From the IMG/VR virus record IMGVR_UViG_3300033144_005525, positions 1 to 31,401 of that record: DNA of 31,401 nt; one strand, given 5' to 3'. The position numbers were made by a program, and so were the translations under genes. The DNA comes from a virus. Of this stretch, positions 17,253-25,595 are shown one piece after another. Each line of letters begins with the position of its first letter. Positions within the stretch are counted from its first letter, which is position 1. The notes under the pieces were generated by a model. That model was not told the origin of the DNA. It ran no database searches and saw nothing but the letters and a program-made list of their open reading frames with translations.

Positions 17253-20200
17253 TACTTCTTCTCTCTGGCAGCATCTATGGATGCAACGATAGATGCCAGC
17301 GATTTAGTAGCTTCTCCAAACTGAGCCATGTGGTTGGCTATATCAGCCTGGCTAGCGTAACGACTCTTCTCCTCAGTACCGGAAGAAGTCAAAGCTGCAA
17401 CTCCTTGATCACCCGCCATGAACTCGGCTGCAGCATCCAGACCTTTCGTCTTCAGAATGTCGAGGACCTTCTCGGCTCTCTCTTTGTCTAAGCTACTACT
17501 ACCTTCTCCGATGAATTTCTCTGCAGCGAATCGTTCCTTAAGTCCTTTCTTCCCCAACTTTTTCGATAATCCATAACGACCGACCGCATCTTTTACCTCA
17601 TCAGAAGCGACAGCTAACGCCCGTTCTTTGTCTTTTCCCTTGAGTTTGTAGATCTCTCCAGCGACCTCGCCGATGTCTTGAGCCACTGTTGTCTTGTCGA
17701 GATCCCTTTTGTAGACACCTCCCCCTATGTCCTTCTGACCAAATGCGGCAGCAACGCCTTCTACGTCTGTTGCTCCTTCTTCCCTAGCTGAGATGGATTC
17801 GAGTTTCTCCAGGACACCTCCGAGCTTCTTACTTATCTTGATGTCCTTTATGTCTTCGAGCTCTTCGATCCTTCTCCGCTGCTTTGCGCCGGTATTAACC
17901 AAACGAGCGCTGATCTGCGACATCCCTAAAGCTGATTTGTCTCCAAGGAGTCCTGACATCGCCTCTGCGCCAGCAGCACCTCCGATAGCTAGCAGGGCTT
18001 TTTTCCCCTGTAACTCTGCCACTTTCTCTTTAGTGAGTTCTTCAGGAGTTATCCCAAGGCTTTTTATGTACGCGAGCTCTTTGTCACTGAAATCTTCTTC
18101 TTTGCTTTTACCATCGCCGGCCTTGTTGAGAATACCAGTGAGTACTTGTTCTTCTTTGGCCTTCTCGTACGCCACTCCCTGCTTAGCGATCAATTTGTTC
18201 TGAGCGGCAGACAAGGACTCTTTCCCCTTTACAGCTTCCTGAACCGCTGCTTCACGGAGCTGATGGATCGTCTCCAACGTAGTGTCGTATACGACATCCT
18301 CACCCTCAGAGACGTACCCGCCTACCTTTCCTGCTCCTACACGTCTCTTGGTTCTTACGGTCTTCTTCACCCCTACCAGATCGGAAGCTGTGATGATCGT
18401 ACCCATCAAAGCTGAGGCTTGAGCGCTTCCGCCTTCTTCGTTTATGAACTCGAGAAGTTCCTCTGCTTTCTCGTCACCCATAGATTTGCGTAGAGACTTC
18501 TCTCGACTTTCGATCGACTTAGATATCTTCGCCTCACCGCCCGCAGAGAATTCGTATCCCTTACCTACTCCTTGGAACACGTCGGACATAGCACTACTGC
18601 CTACCAATCTATCGGCGTGCGACATCATCGCAGCGGCATTACCACCCAATAGTTCCTTAACTACTTCTACGTTCCCGCTCCTGGCGGACTGCTTCATCAA
18701 GGAGAGTCGTACAGCTCTCAACCGCTCTTCTCCTTTAAGTTGGGAGAGAGCTGGATTGGACGCAGTGACCACCATGTAGTCCATGGTCAGTTGCTTTTTG
18801 GCTGCGCTGTCCAGATCATTCTTAATCCGGGATAGGCCTTCAGTATCTCTACCCTTAGCCAGAGCATTGAGATCGTCTTGCACGGCCTTGTAATCCGTCT
18901 GGGACAGGTATCTCTCTTGGTTGATCTGTTCGTTGCTGCCTATGTCTCGGGTCCAACCTCGTCCGTAGGTGCGGGAGGTAATGATGTCTGTGTCTCCTCC
19001 GACCAGCTTCCCACCGCGCATGACTCCGGTACCTGCAGTTCCTACGTCCCTCTCCCTAACACGACGGCCAGTTAGATTTGTCAGGAACTCCAAGTTCTCT
19101 CCCGAAGTCGTTCGTCCTGTAGCCCAATTAACTGCAGCACCCGCATACCCTGTGGAGAAATCTTGACCCCCAGTTAGTCCTTTTTGAAGGGCACCTTTGT
19201 TGGTCGTCAACATCTCACCAAAGCGGGCACTGGATGTACCGATGTCGCTCATCGCACCTCGAGCTAAGTTAGATAGCCCTTTGGTGACTTCGACTTTGTA
19301 GCGACCGGTGATGTCATCCACGAAATCATCCACCGTTTCATTGATGGAGTTTCGTAGATCGGCTCCAAACTTTTTGAAGGGCTCCGTAACTATGTTCGCG
19401 ATCTTCTTTTTGGCTTTGGTAGTGACGGCATCCCAAGAGTAGTTCTCCTTCATGAAGGACTCTTGGGCGATGCGCTTCGCATCTGATCTGCCTCGAATCC
19501 CCATCTCTTGCTCTATCTCCGGCATTCTCTGCATCAGAGGAAGGAGCTCGGCCTGTCGTTGCGACATACCAAAACGTTGAGACATCAGATTAAGAGCGGA
19601 GGGGTCAGTGAAACCACGACCACCTAGAGCTCCTCGAAGCATCTCGGTAGTTCCCTCAGCTCCCATACCAGAAGCCAGATTCGCCCTCATCGCTTTGTCG
19701 TGGGAGTAATAGGACATCGCTGCTTTGCGACCCCTTCTTTTCCCAGCCATTTTCTTGATGTCGGAGAGCGAGAACTCACCCGCTCTGTATCGAGTCATCA
19801 AGTCTTCATCCATCTTCCCGGTGAAGCGTCCTTCTTCCATCTCACCAAGAGCAATAGAGGTCACCATGCCGATGCCACTACTTTTGGTCATTGTGTGAGC
19901 GAGTCCGACCATCTCAGCACTAAGCTGTTTGAGGCCTTCGGATCCTCCTACACCACCGGTGTGTTCCATGATCTGCTCTTCGGTGAGCAGCCCCATCCTC
20001 TTGGCCGTTCCTAGCTGTCCCGCAACACGTAGAGCGTGCTTCGATCCCTGAGCTAGTTCCCCTCCTCGTCGCCAGTTAGTTTGTGCTCCGTACTGAGCAA
20101 GCTGACCGACCTGGGCTTGGTTCATTCCCGTAGCGCTGCCAGTAATCTGGCGGTTCATTGCGTTCTTGAGAATGTCGGTGGTGGAGTAAATACCTGAACG

Positions 20201-20974
20201 ACGGATCTCCCCGAACAGAGGGAGAGCTTCCTCCATCGTGGTGCCCATCACCTTCGACATGTCCTTCAGGACCTTGATGGTGTCTTTGAACTTCTGCCCG
20301 AAGTCCGAGACGTTCTGGGCTCCTTGCATCAAGCCCATCCCACCCATCTTGTCCATGATGCGTGTGAGCTCTCCCATCGAAGTCATCATCTCCGGGAGCT
20401 GCTGCATGTTGCGCATCATGCCGCCGATAGCCATCGACTGCGGACGGCTGAATCCCCTGCCTCCTGTAGACGAGTTCATGAACTGTTGTCGACCTAGAAC
20501 CTGCTCTACCTGTGCTTGCTCTTGGGCACCGGACATAGTCGAGCCGATTGCATGACTGGCAAAAGCAAGGGCTCCAGCTACAGGAGCCATTCCGATGGCC
20601 CCCATCCCAAGCCGACCACCCATCCCCATGCCCATCCGGCCGCCCATCCGGTACATGGCTCCGCCGCCGGCAAACGGATCTAACGCAGCTCGAGCTGTCC
20701 CCCCCATCATCCCCATGCTGGCCATCAAGCTTCCAGCACCGAGGCCGAACTGAGCCATCCCACCCATTGAAGAGACAGCCCCTCCGCTGGCTCGACTGGA
20801 GAAGTCGTAGCCGAGTGGGGCTCCTCCTCCGTAGCTGAACCCTCCCCCTCCCGACTGGCCTCCTCCATACATGTTGGGCATGGAGGCAGAGATTTGGTGG
20901 GAGTACTGCGCTGCCCCAGCAAACATCTGGTTCTGCTGCGACATCATCGCAGCGACTTGGCCAGACGACATCAT
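17252..20974 (-). CDS. Tail tape measure-like protein (1240 aa)
   Basis: Long, predicted helical; Gly/Ala/Met-rich N-half and Lys/Glu/Ala-rich C-half; almost no Pro in the C-half and no Cys seen; directly upstream of baseplate-like genes. Confidence 0.7.
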   Translation of the reverse strand: MMSSGQVAAMMSQQNQMFAGAAQYSHQISASMPNMYGGGQSGGGGFSYGGGAPLGYDFSSRASGGAVSSMGGMAQFGLGAGSLMASMGMMGGTARAALDPFAGGGAMYRMGGRMGMGMGGRLGMGAIGMAPVAGALAFASHAIGSTMSGAQEQAQVEQVLGRQQFMNSSTGGRGFSRPQSMAIGGMMRNMQQLPEMMTSMGELTRIMDKMGGMGLMQGAQNVSDFGQKFKDTIKVLKDMSKVMGTTMEEALPLFGEIRRSGIYSTTDILKNAMNRQITGSATGMNQAQVGQLAQYGAQTNWRRGGELAQGSKHALRVAGQLGTAKRMGLLTEEQIMEHTGGVGGSEGLKQLSAEMVGLAHTMTKSSGIGMVTSIALGEMEEGRFTGKMDEDLMTRYRAGEFSLSDIKKMAGKRRGRKAAMSYYSHDKAMRANLASGMGAEGTTEMLRGALGGRGFTDPSALNLMSQRFGMSQRQAELLPLMQRMPEIEQEMGIRGRSDAKRIAQESFMKENYSWDAVTTKAKKKIANIVTEPFKKFGADLRNSINETVDDFVDDITGRYKVEVTKGLSNLARGAMSDIGTSSARFGEMLTTNKGALQKGLTGGQDFSTGYAGAAVNWATGRTTSGENLEFLTNLTGRRVRERDVGTAGTGVMRGGKLVGGDTDIITSRTYGRGWTRDIGSNEQINQERYLSQTDYKAVQDDLNALAKGRDTEGLSRIKNDLDSAAKKQLTMDYMVVTASNPALSQLKGEERLRAVRLSLMKQSARSGNVEVVKELLGGNAAAMMSHADRLVGSSAMSDVFQGVGKGYEFSAGGEAKISKSIESREKSLRKSMGDEKAEELLEFINEEGGSAQASALMGTIITASDLVGVKKTVRTKRRVGAGKVGGYVSEGEDVVYDTTLETIHQLREAAVQEAVKGKESLSAAQNKLIAKQGVAYEKAKEEQVLTGILNKAGDGKSKEEDFSDKELAYIKSLGITPEELTKEKVAELQGKKALLAIGGAAGAEAMSGLLGDKSALGMSQISARLVNTGAKQRRRIEELEDIKDIKISKKLGGVLEKLESISAREEGATDVEGVAAAFGQKDIGGGVYKRDLDKTTVAQDIGEVAGEIYKLKGKDKERALAVASDEVKDAVGRYGLSKKLGKKGLKERFAAEKFIGEGSSSLDKERAEKVLDILKTKGLDAAAEFMAGDQGVAALTSSGTEEKSRYASQADIANHMAQFGEATKSLASIVASIDAAREKK

Positions 20975-21003
20975 GGGCTAATAACCCCCCGATCCATTGA
21001 CCC

Positions 21004-21033
21004 ATTGTAGGTGCCACCACCTGAAAAGGGCAA
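21004..21033 (-). promoter_or_regulatory. Sigma70-like promoter upstream of the tape measure gene (TTGCCC-N18-TACAAT)
   Basis: Good -10 match 29 nt upstream of the ATG in a divergent intergenic region. Confidence 0.5.
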
Positions 21034-21061
21034 CGATCGTCCGGGATAAGCCCTGTAGAGA
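21025..21061 (+). promoter_or_regulatory. Sigma28-like promoter motif copy 1 (AAAG-N13-CGGGATAAG-N3-TGTAGAGA)
   Basis: Precedes the AAAGGAGGT RBS of 21077; same motif recurs at 26517-26555. Confidence 0.55.
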
Positions 21062-21076
21062 CCAAAGGAGGTACGC

Positions 21077-21526
21077 ATGTTTTGGTGGAAGATACCAATC
21101 ACAATCATATCCTGGACTCTGGGAACCACAGCTGTGGTCTCAAGTTTTGGGGTGGCTCGGTACGGATTGCCGTTGATTTTCACGGCCCTTGCTGTTCGAA
21201 ACAACTACAGGCCTGGGGAGGGGCCAGCCACTGAGAAGTTCTTCGATAGGGGAGTGTTCGTCGACCTAGATAGTGAGGAGCCGCTTGGGGTGATACTGGC
21301 ACAACTGTCCAGTCACTTCGATATCCTACCGAGACCAGGAAGTCTGTATGAAATGACCTGGGCAGAGGCAGAGGAACTACGACTGCTTCTGGTGGTGATA
21401 ATGGAACATCCTTCCTACCAACAGTTGGGGAAGGAAGAGTCCTCAATCACTGGGCTACTGCCGGCCGTGATGGCACTGCAGAATTGCCTGGAGAGGTTTC
21501 CATCATCGAGGACATTCAGCGTGTGA
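21077..21526 (+). CDS. Putative membrane-anchored protein (149 aa)
   Basis: Strong RBS AAAGGAGGT; hydrophobic first ~40 aa followed by an acidic soluble domain. Confidence 0.75.
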   Translation: MFWWKIPITIISWTLGTTAVVSSFGVARYGLPLIFTALAVRNNYRPGEGPATEKFFDRGVFVDLDSEEPLGVILAQLSSHFDILPRPGSLYEMTWAEAEELRLLLVVIMEHPSYQQLGKEESSITGLLPAVMALQNCLERFPSSRTFSV

Positions 21527-21542
21527 AGGGGATCTCCCCTTC
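21525..21542 (+). terminator. Hairpin at the stop of 21077-21526 (GAAGGGG-atct-CCCCTTC)
   Basis: 7-bp stem with tetraloop; U-tract is weak. Confidence 0.35.
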
Positions 21543-21550
21543 CTTAGCAC

Positions 21551-21591
21551 AAAAAGAAGTGCCGCCACCCGGTTCCAGACAGGTGGCGGCA
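21551..21591 (-). terminator. Rho-independent terminator for the minus-strand GIY-YIG unit
   Basis: 10-bp stem TGCCGCCACC (21560-21569) / GGTGGCGGCA (21582-21591) followed on the minus strand by CTTCTTTTT. Confidence 0.75.
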
Positions 21592-21622
21592 AGCGGGGAG
21601 GTCGCATGGTCCCCGGGAGTGC

Positions 21623-21919
21623 TTATGAATTGGCAAGCGCTGGGTGAGAGCTCATGTTCACGTGTGGGAGATTTTCGATGTTCCCAGCTCCGTCGAGCTC
21701 ACCGGTGATCTCTCGGTAGAGGTAGGTCCTAATAGCGGCCTGCTCGAACTTGGCCATCGGTCCGCCCAGCTCTTGATCGCACCACTGGTTGAACTTCTCC
21801 AGGCGCTCGTTGATGAGAGCCAGGAGCTTGCGGCCTCGATCCTCCTTGGAGGTGCAACGAGACAACTCATCCAGTGCTGTGTCGGAGAGCCTGATAACTA
21901 CTGCTTCTTGTCCTGCCAT
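21623..21919 (-). CDS. Hypothetical protein (98 aa)
   Basis: Overlaps the end of the GIY-YIG gene, GGAG/GAGG upstream, ends just before the terminator. Confidence 0.65.
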   Translation of the reverse strand: MAGQEAVVIRLSDTALDELSRCTSKEDRGRKLLALINERLEKFNQWCDQELGGPMAKFEQAAIRTYLYREITGELDGAGNIENLPHVNMSSHPALANS

Positions 21920-22527
21920 CCCTCGTCTCCTTGAACTACTAAGCGCACATTCTGTCGGAGTTTCTTCGAGTACTCCGCTTGAATGTTTTTTGGAGAGACT
22001 CCATTTCTGTCGGTAATTTCCATGATTTCTGGGATGGCTCCCATCTTCTGGAGAACTACCTTGTCCTTCGTGATGTTCAACTGGTACCCGTTGCTGATGT
22101 CGTGCTTGTCGAAGTACTCCTCCAAGGAGTCACTTATGATCGCGGTTTGCGATTTCCGTAGAACGAACGAAGCGTGTTTCAGTTGAGAAGCTAGATCAGG
22201 AAGCAACCTAACCGTGGTGGCTGCTCCCTTGAATGATTTCGATTTTCTACCAGACAGTTCCTTAGAGTTGAACTCTGGCTTTAGCTTCTCTATGTACGAG
22301 TTCTCCTGGCTTGTCAGTTCCTCTTCTGGGCACTCAGTGAGAACGGACATCTCGAAATCAGTCTCCCCGAATAGCTTCCACGCGTACTGAAGAGCCTTGT
22401 TTTTGTGGCTGCCTCTTTTGAGAGTACGTACGTGCTCTTTCTGGCGGCCATATATGTCGACTGCGCTGCCGACATATCGATGTCCGTTACTCCTACACAA
22501 TATCTGATATACCCCCGACACTAACAC
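21898..22527 (-). CDS. GIY-YIG endonuclease fused to a ribbon-helix-helix-like domain (about 209 aa)
   Basis: GVY-x10-YVG, conserved R (YGRQKEH), E (QENSYI) and N (PEFN); then TTVRLLPDLASQLKHASFVLRKSQTAIISDSLEEYF RHH pattern; start reassigned to GTG 22527 (22521 also possible). Confidence 0.85.
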   Translation of the reverse strand: MLVSGVYQILCRSNGHRYVGSAVDIYGRQKEHVRTLKRGSHKNKALQYAWKLFGETDFEMSVLTECPEEELTSQENSYIEKLKPEFNSKELSGRKSKSFKGAATTVRLLPDLASQLKHASFVLRKSQTAIISDSLEEYFDKHDISNGYQLNITKDKVVLQKMGAIPEIMEITDRNGVSPKNIQAEYSKKLRQNVRLVVQGDEGWQDKKQ

Positions 22528-22533
22528 AACCAA

Positions 22534-22562
22534 GTTATAGAGGCATTGAGTGTTGAAGTCAA
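22534..22562 (-). promoter_or_regulatory. Sigma70 promoter TTGACT-N17-TATAAC for the GIY-YIG gene
   Basis: 5/6 match at both hexamers with 17-bp spacer; in-frame GTG follows 6 nt after the -10 box. Confidence 0.75.
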
Positions 22563-22566
22563 TGCC
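22542..22566. promoter_or_regulatory. Inverted repeat GGCATTGA-N9-TCAATGCC, candidate operator
   Basis: Perfect 8-bp arms overlapping the spacer and -35 box of the GIY-YIG promoter. Confidence 0.6.
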
Positions 22567-22596
22567 ATACAAAAATACTGAGTCATGGAGTTACTT

Positions 22597-24111
22597 ATGT
22601 CAACAAATACAGTCACAGAAGAATTCGCCAAGCACTGGGCCTCCCTCCACTTCGAGAGCCGACAAGCTCAGTGGGATGGGGCTCGCCGTACGTTCAGACA
22701 GCTCCACGGCCGTGCTGAACGGCCCACGGTCTGGAGGATCTGGGTAGAGGGCGATCGCTACCTGACGCAGCACGGGCTCCTGGACGGCAAGATGCAGAGC
22801 ACGTCCAAGAAGGGCAAGGCCAAGAACAAAGGCCGCGCCAACGAGCTCACTCCGGAGCAGGACGCTTTGGCTGAGGCCCGGCGCCTATGCCGGAAGAAGT
22901 GGGACTTCGAGGGATACGACGAGTATGTCCTAGACATCAACATCGACTGTCGTGCCACTGCCGGAGACATCTCGATCCCACACCTGCTCACCAACTTGCC
23001 GAGCTCCTTCTGCCTCTACAAGCCGCAGAACAACATCGAGGAGTGCAAGGGACTGCTCAAGAAGGCAGCCGCGGCCAAGGTCCTGTACACGCTCAAGCGG
23101 AATGGACTGGCCATGTGGATCGTCGTCGACGGCTCCGGGGACGTCCACATGTACAGCCGACGGAACCGTGTGTCCCACAAGAACGAGGGGCCTCGAGAGA
23201 TGATCGACGGGACGATGCACTACGGAGAGGTGATTCCCTGGGTGATTCGATTCCCCCATCTGGTGGATGCCGTGAAGTCCTTAGAGCTCCCTCCGTTCTC
23301 CATGATGGCCTGCGAGCTGATCTCGATGGAGGGAGATGAGAAGAAGCACTTCGCTCATGTCTGCTCTATCGAGAAGTCCCTCACCCCAGAATCTGTAAAG
23401 AAACAGGAAGAGAGAGGCCACCTGGGTCTGTACTGGTGGGATCTGCCCTTCTACAACGGTGAGGATTGGGTCTCGACCAAGTCGGTGAGTGCTCGTTACA
23501 AAACCCTCAAAGGTATTCACGATGCTGCTGGGCTGAAGAATGAGGCTGCTGGGTGGATCCAACCAATCACCTACTACGAGTTTGGCGACCCGGACCTAGC
23601 AATCACCTTCGCCAAGGAGAACAACCTCGAGGGATTCGTAGTGGTGGATCCAGAGGGAGTCTACGGCGACAAGGGCTGGAACATGAAAGGCAAGCCAGAC
23701 CGACCAGGGAAGTTCTGCGCGAAGCTCAAGCCCTTCTGGGAGGACGACTTCATCGCCTTCTGGAATCCCAGTACGGGCTGGGGAACCGAAGGGAAGGGCA
23801 AACACGAGAAGGGCAAGAAGGTCACCTTGCCCAACCAGAAGACGGTGGTGCACGGAGGAGTAGGTAGCGTTGGGTTGGGGCAATACAACCAGGCTGGGGA
23901 GCTGATCTACATCTCGGACTGCAGCTCCGGTATGTCTTACGCCCTTCAGTCATACCTCACCGCAACGGACTTCCCGATGGTCTGTGAGGTCAAGTACAAC
24001 GATCGCTCCTACATCTCTGATGGAGACGACACCAACGCTCTCACCTTCCCAGTCTTTGTGAGGCTACGTCCCGACAAGGCCCTTGCGGAATGTGTCAGTG
24101 ACAAGCTCTAA
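22597..24111 (+). CDS. ATP-dependent DNA ligase with N-terminal WGR-like domain (504 aa)
   Basis: Nucleotidyltransferase motifs: I TLKRNG, YSR, III MACEL, IIIa YWWDL, IV EGFVV, V CAKLKP, VI FPVFVRLRPDK; GGAG RBS favours ATG 22597. Confidence 0.88.
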   Translation: MSTNTVTEEFAKHWASLHFESRQAQWDGARRTFRQLHGRAERPTVWRIWVEGDRYLTQHGLLDGKMQSTSKKGKAKNKGRANELTPEQDALAEARRLCRKKWDFEGYDEYVLDINIDCRATAGDISIPHLLTNLPSSFCLYKPQNNIEECKGLLKKAAAAKVLYTLKRNGLAMWIVVDGSGDVHMYSRRNRVSHKNEGPREMIDGTMHYGEVIPWVIRFPHLVDAVKSLELPPFSMMACELISMEGDEKKHFAHVCSIEKSLTPESVKKQEERGHLGLYWWDLPFYNGEDWVSTKSVSARYKTLKGIHDAAGLKNEAAGWIQPITYYEFGDPDLAITFAKENNLEGFVVVDPEGVYGDKGWNMKGKPDRPGKFCAKLKPFWEDDFIAFWNPSTGWGTEGKGKHEKGKKVTLPNQKTVVHGGVGSVGLGQYNQAGELIYISDCSSGMSYALQSYLTATDFPMVCEVKYNDRSYISDGDDTNALTFPVFVRLRPDKALAECVSDKL

Positions 24112-24238
24112 GTACCGCGAGGACCTTGTCTTCAGCAGAGAAGAACTAGTAGCGGCCGCACGTAGAGTGGTGTGCATCTCCTGGGAGGAGTACCAATACC
24201 AATGCTACTTGGTGCGCGAGAAAGCGAGAGGACGATGA
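24098..24238 (+). CDS. Small hypothetical protein (46 aa, MTSSKYREDLVFSREELVAAARRVVCISWEEYQYQCYLVREKARGR)
   Basis: Translated by hand; GTG start inside the ligase 3' end, ATGA overlap with the next gene; below the ORF track cutoff. Confidence 0.5.
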   Translation: MTSSKYREDLVFSREELVAAARRVVCISWEEYQYQCYLVREKARGR

Positions 24239-24564
24239 GCGATTCATTCCGCCTAGTGATTTGCGTAGACGTGGATGCCAACGACCTGGCCGACGCCTAT
24301 GGGAAAGTCTACGAAGCCATGGCCAAACTACCAGAGGGCATGGACTGGGAATCCTCGGACGAGTGGTTCGATGACAGTGGCGACAGCACTGGGGATCCGG
24401 ATGAGCTACAAGCTGCCCGGATGAAGTACCTCCAATGCCCAGCAATGCAGAGAATGGGACCGGACTCAATCCAGTGTTCTCTCTCAAAAGAACACGAGGG
24501 GCCGCACAAGCCGCCTGCTTGTGCCTCATGGGAGGACCACAAGTGGACGGAGAGTAACCGATGA
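24235..24564 (+). CDS. Acidic hypothetical protein with Cys/His-containing C-terminus (109 aa)
   Basis: GAGG RBS before MSDSFR; ATGA overlap downstream; C-terminal C..C....H.G.H pattern. Confidence 0.7.
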   Translation: MSDSFRLVICVDVDANDLADAYGKVYEAMAKLPEGMDWESSDEWFDDSGDSTGDPDELQAARMKYLQCPAMQRMGPDSIQCSLSKEHEGPHKPPACASWEDHKWTESNR

Positions 24565-24995
24565 GTTGGGAGATGCAGGGAGGGAAACTCACGTGCCTGA
24601 TAGGACCAATCAAGTTGGCCATCTATCCAAAAGAGGGAGGGTACGAATACGGAATCGCCCCCACCGATGAAGCAGATGGGTGGCGCGAGTACCAAGACGA
24701 GGCGACTGACTTACAGGAAGCCAAGCTAGCCGTCATACAGATGGCGGAGAGCATCGTCGAGCTCATGCAATCGGACCTGGAGCAAGCAAAAGAACTCTTC
24801 TTGTTCGCTCTCGTCGATCCCAATGGAGACTTAATAGGGGACGCTCCATTCGACGGCACCTCATTGTCGGAGGTCAAAGCAGAGATCCTCAACACCTACC
24901 CAGACGTAGCGCTTGACGCTTTGGGGTGGAAGATAGTGCCCCTCACCACCGCTCTGGAAGAACAGTACAGAGAAAGGAGACACAACAATGACTAG
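24561..24995 (+). CDS. Acidic hypothetical protein (144 aa)
   Basis: ATGA overlap, GGAG RBS. Confidence 0.7.
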   Translation: MSWEMQGGKLTCLIGPIKLAIYPKEGGYEYGIAPTDEADGWREYQDEATDLQEAKLAVIQMAESIVELMQSDLEQAKELFLFALVDPNGDLIGDAPFDGTSLSEVKAEILNTYPDVALDALGWKIVPLTTALEEQYRERRHNND

Positions 24996-25392
24996 CCCAT
25001 TCAAAAAGAACCAGTACTACGCTGCGAAGTACAACGGCCACAACGGAGACTTGATTGTGGGTCGTGTAGAGAGCGTGAGAAGTGGAGGAGACGTACTCCT
25101 AACCAACCTACTCACCAAGAACAGATCCTTGAAGAAAGAAAGTGTCCTTCTTCGACGGAACCATAAGATCACCAAAAAGAAGGCGGATCAGTTGGTCTCT
25201 CTGTTCCGAAACTCCAAGAAGATAGCCGTCGTCAGAGAGATGGCCGTGGTTATGTACCAATCCACGAAGAATGGAGTGCCCACCAAGAAGCCTGATCGAT
25301 CTACCAAGAGGAATAGACTCGAGAAGGAGCTCATATCCTTAGCCACACAGATAAAGGAAGTGGCTGAGAAACTGGAGGCTTTGAGAAGTTAG
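24988..25392 (+). CDS. Basic hypothetical protein (134 aa)
   Basis: AAGGAG RBS; Lys-rich; C-terminal coiled-coil pattern. Confidence 0.7.
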   Translation: MTSPFKKNQYYAAKYNGHNGDLIVGRVESVRSGGDVLLTNLLTKNRSLKKESVLLRRNHKITKKKADQLVSLFRNSKKIAVVREMAVVMYQSTKNGVPTKKPDRSTKRNRLEKELISLATQIKEVAEKLEALRS

Positions 25393-25592
25393 AGAGACTG
25401 CACGCTGTACTTGCGGCCGCAACTCCCACACTTGAGCACGGTGCCCCCGGTCCCGTCTGGGACCGGGTGTGCCAGTGTTTGGCAGACCTGGCAACGGACC
25501 TTGGTGATATTCCCACCGGTGGCTTTGTGCACCATGACCTGCGACTTGAGGGCCTTGGTACCGGTGATGACTGTCGGTCGTTTGCTTGACAT
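25389..25592 (-). CDS. Small zinc-ribbon protein (67 aa)
   Basis: CQVC and CGSC pairs; GGAGG RBS. Confidence 0.75.
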   Translation of the reverse strand: MSSKRPTVITGTKALKSQVMVHKATGGNITKVRCQVCQTLAHPVPDGTGGTVLKCGSCGRKYSVQSL

Positions 25593-25595
25593 CGA

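Noticed and set aside
20076-21098. 340-aa alternative-frame ORF overlapping the tape measure gene
   Set aside because: Arg/Gly/Asp/His-rich off-frame read of Met/Gly/Ala codons; it crosses the promoter region and has no RBS
20971-21204. 77-aa ORF as a tail assembly chaperone upstream of the tape measure gene
   Set aside because: Overlaps the plus-strand gene with the strong RBS and the promoter motifs; no chaperone-like features or slippery site seen
21898-22572. Group I intron hosting the GIY-YIG ORF
   Set aside because: The gene is free-standing with its own promoter, flanking genes are not split, and there is no room for an intron core
22546-22581. Sigma70 promoter for the ligase on the plus strand
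   Set aside because: TTGAGT and TTGAAG are present but no convincing -10 lies at 16-18 bp spacing, so it is not reported as a feature
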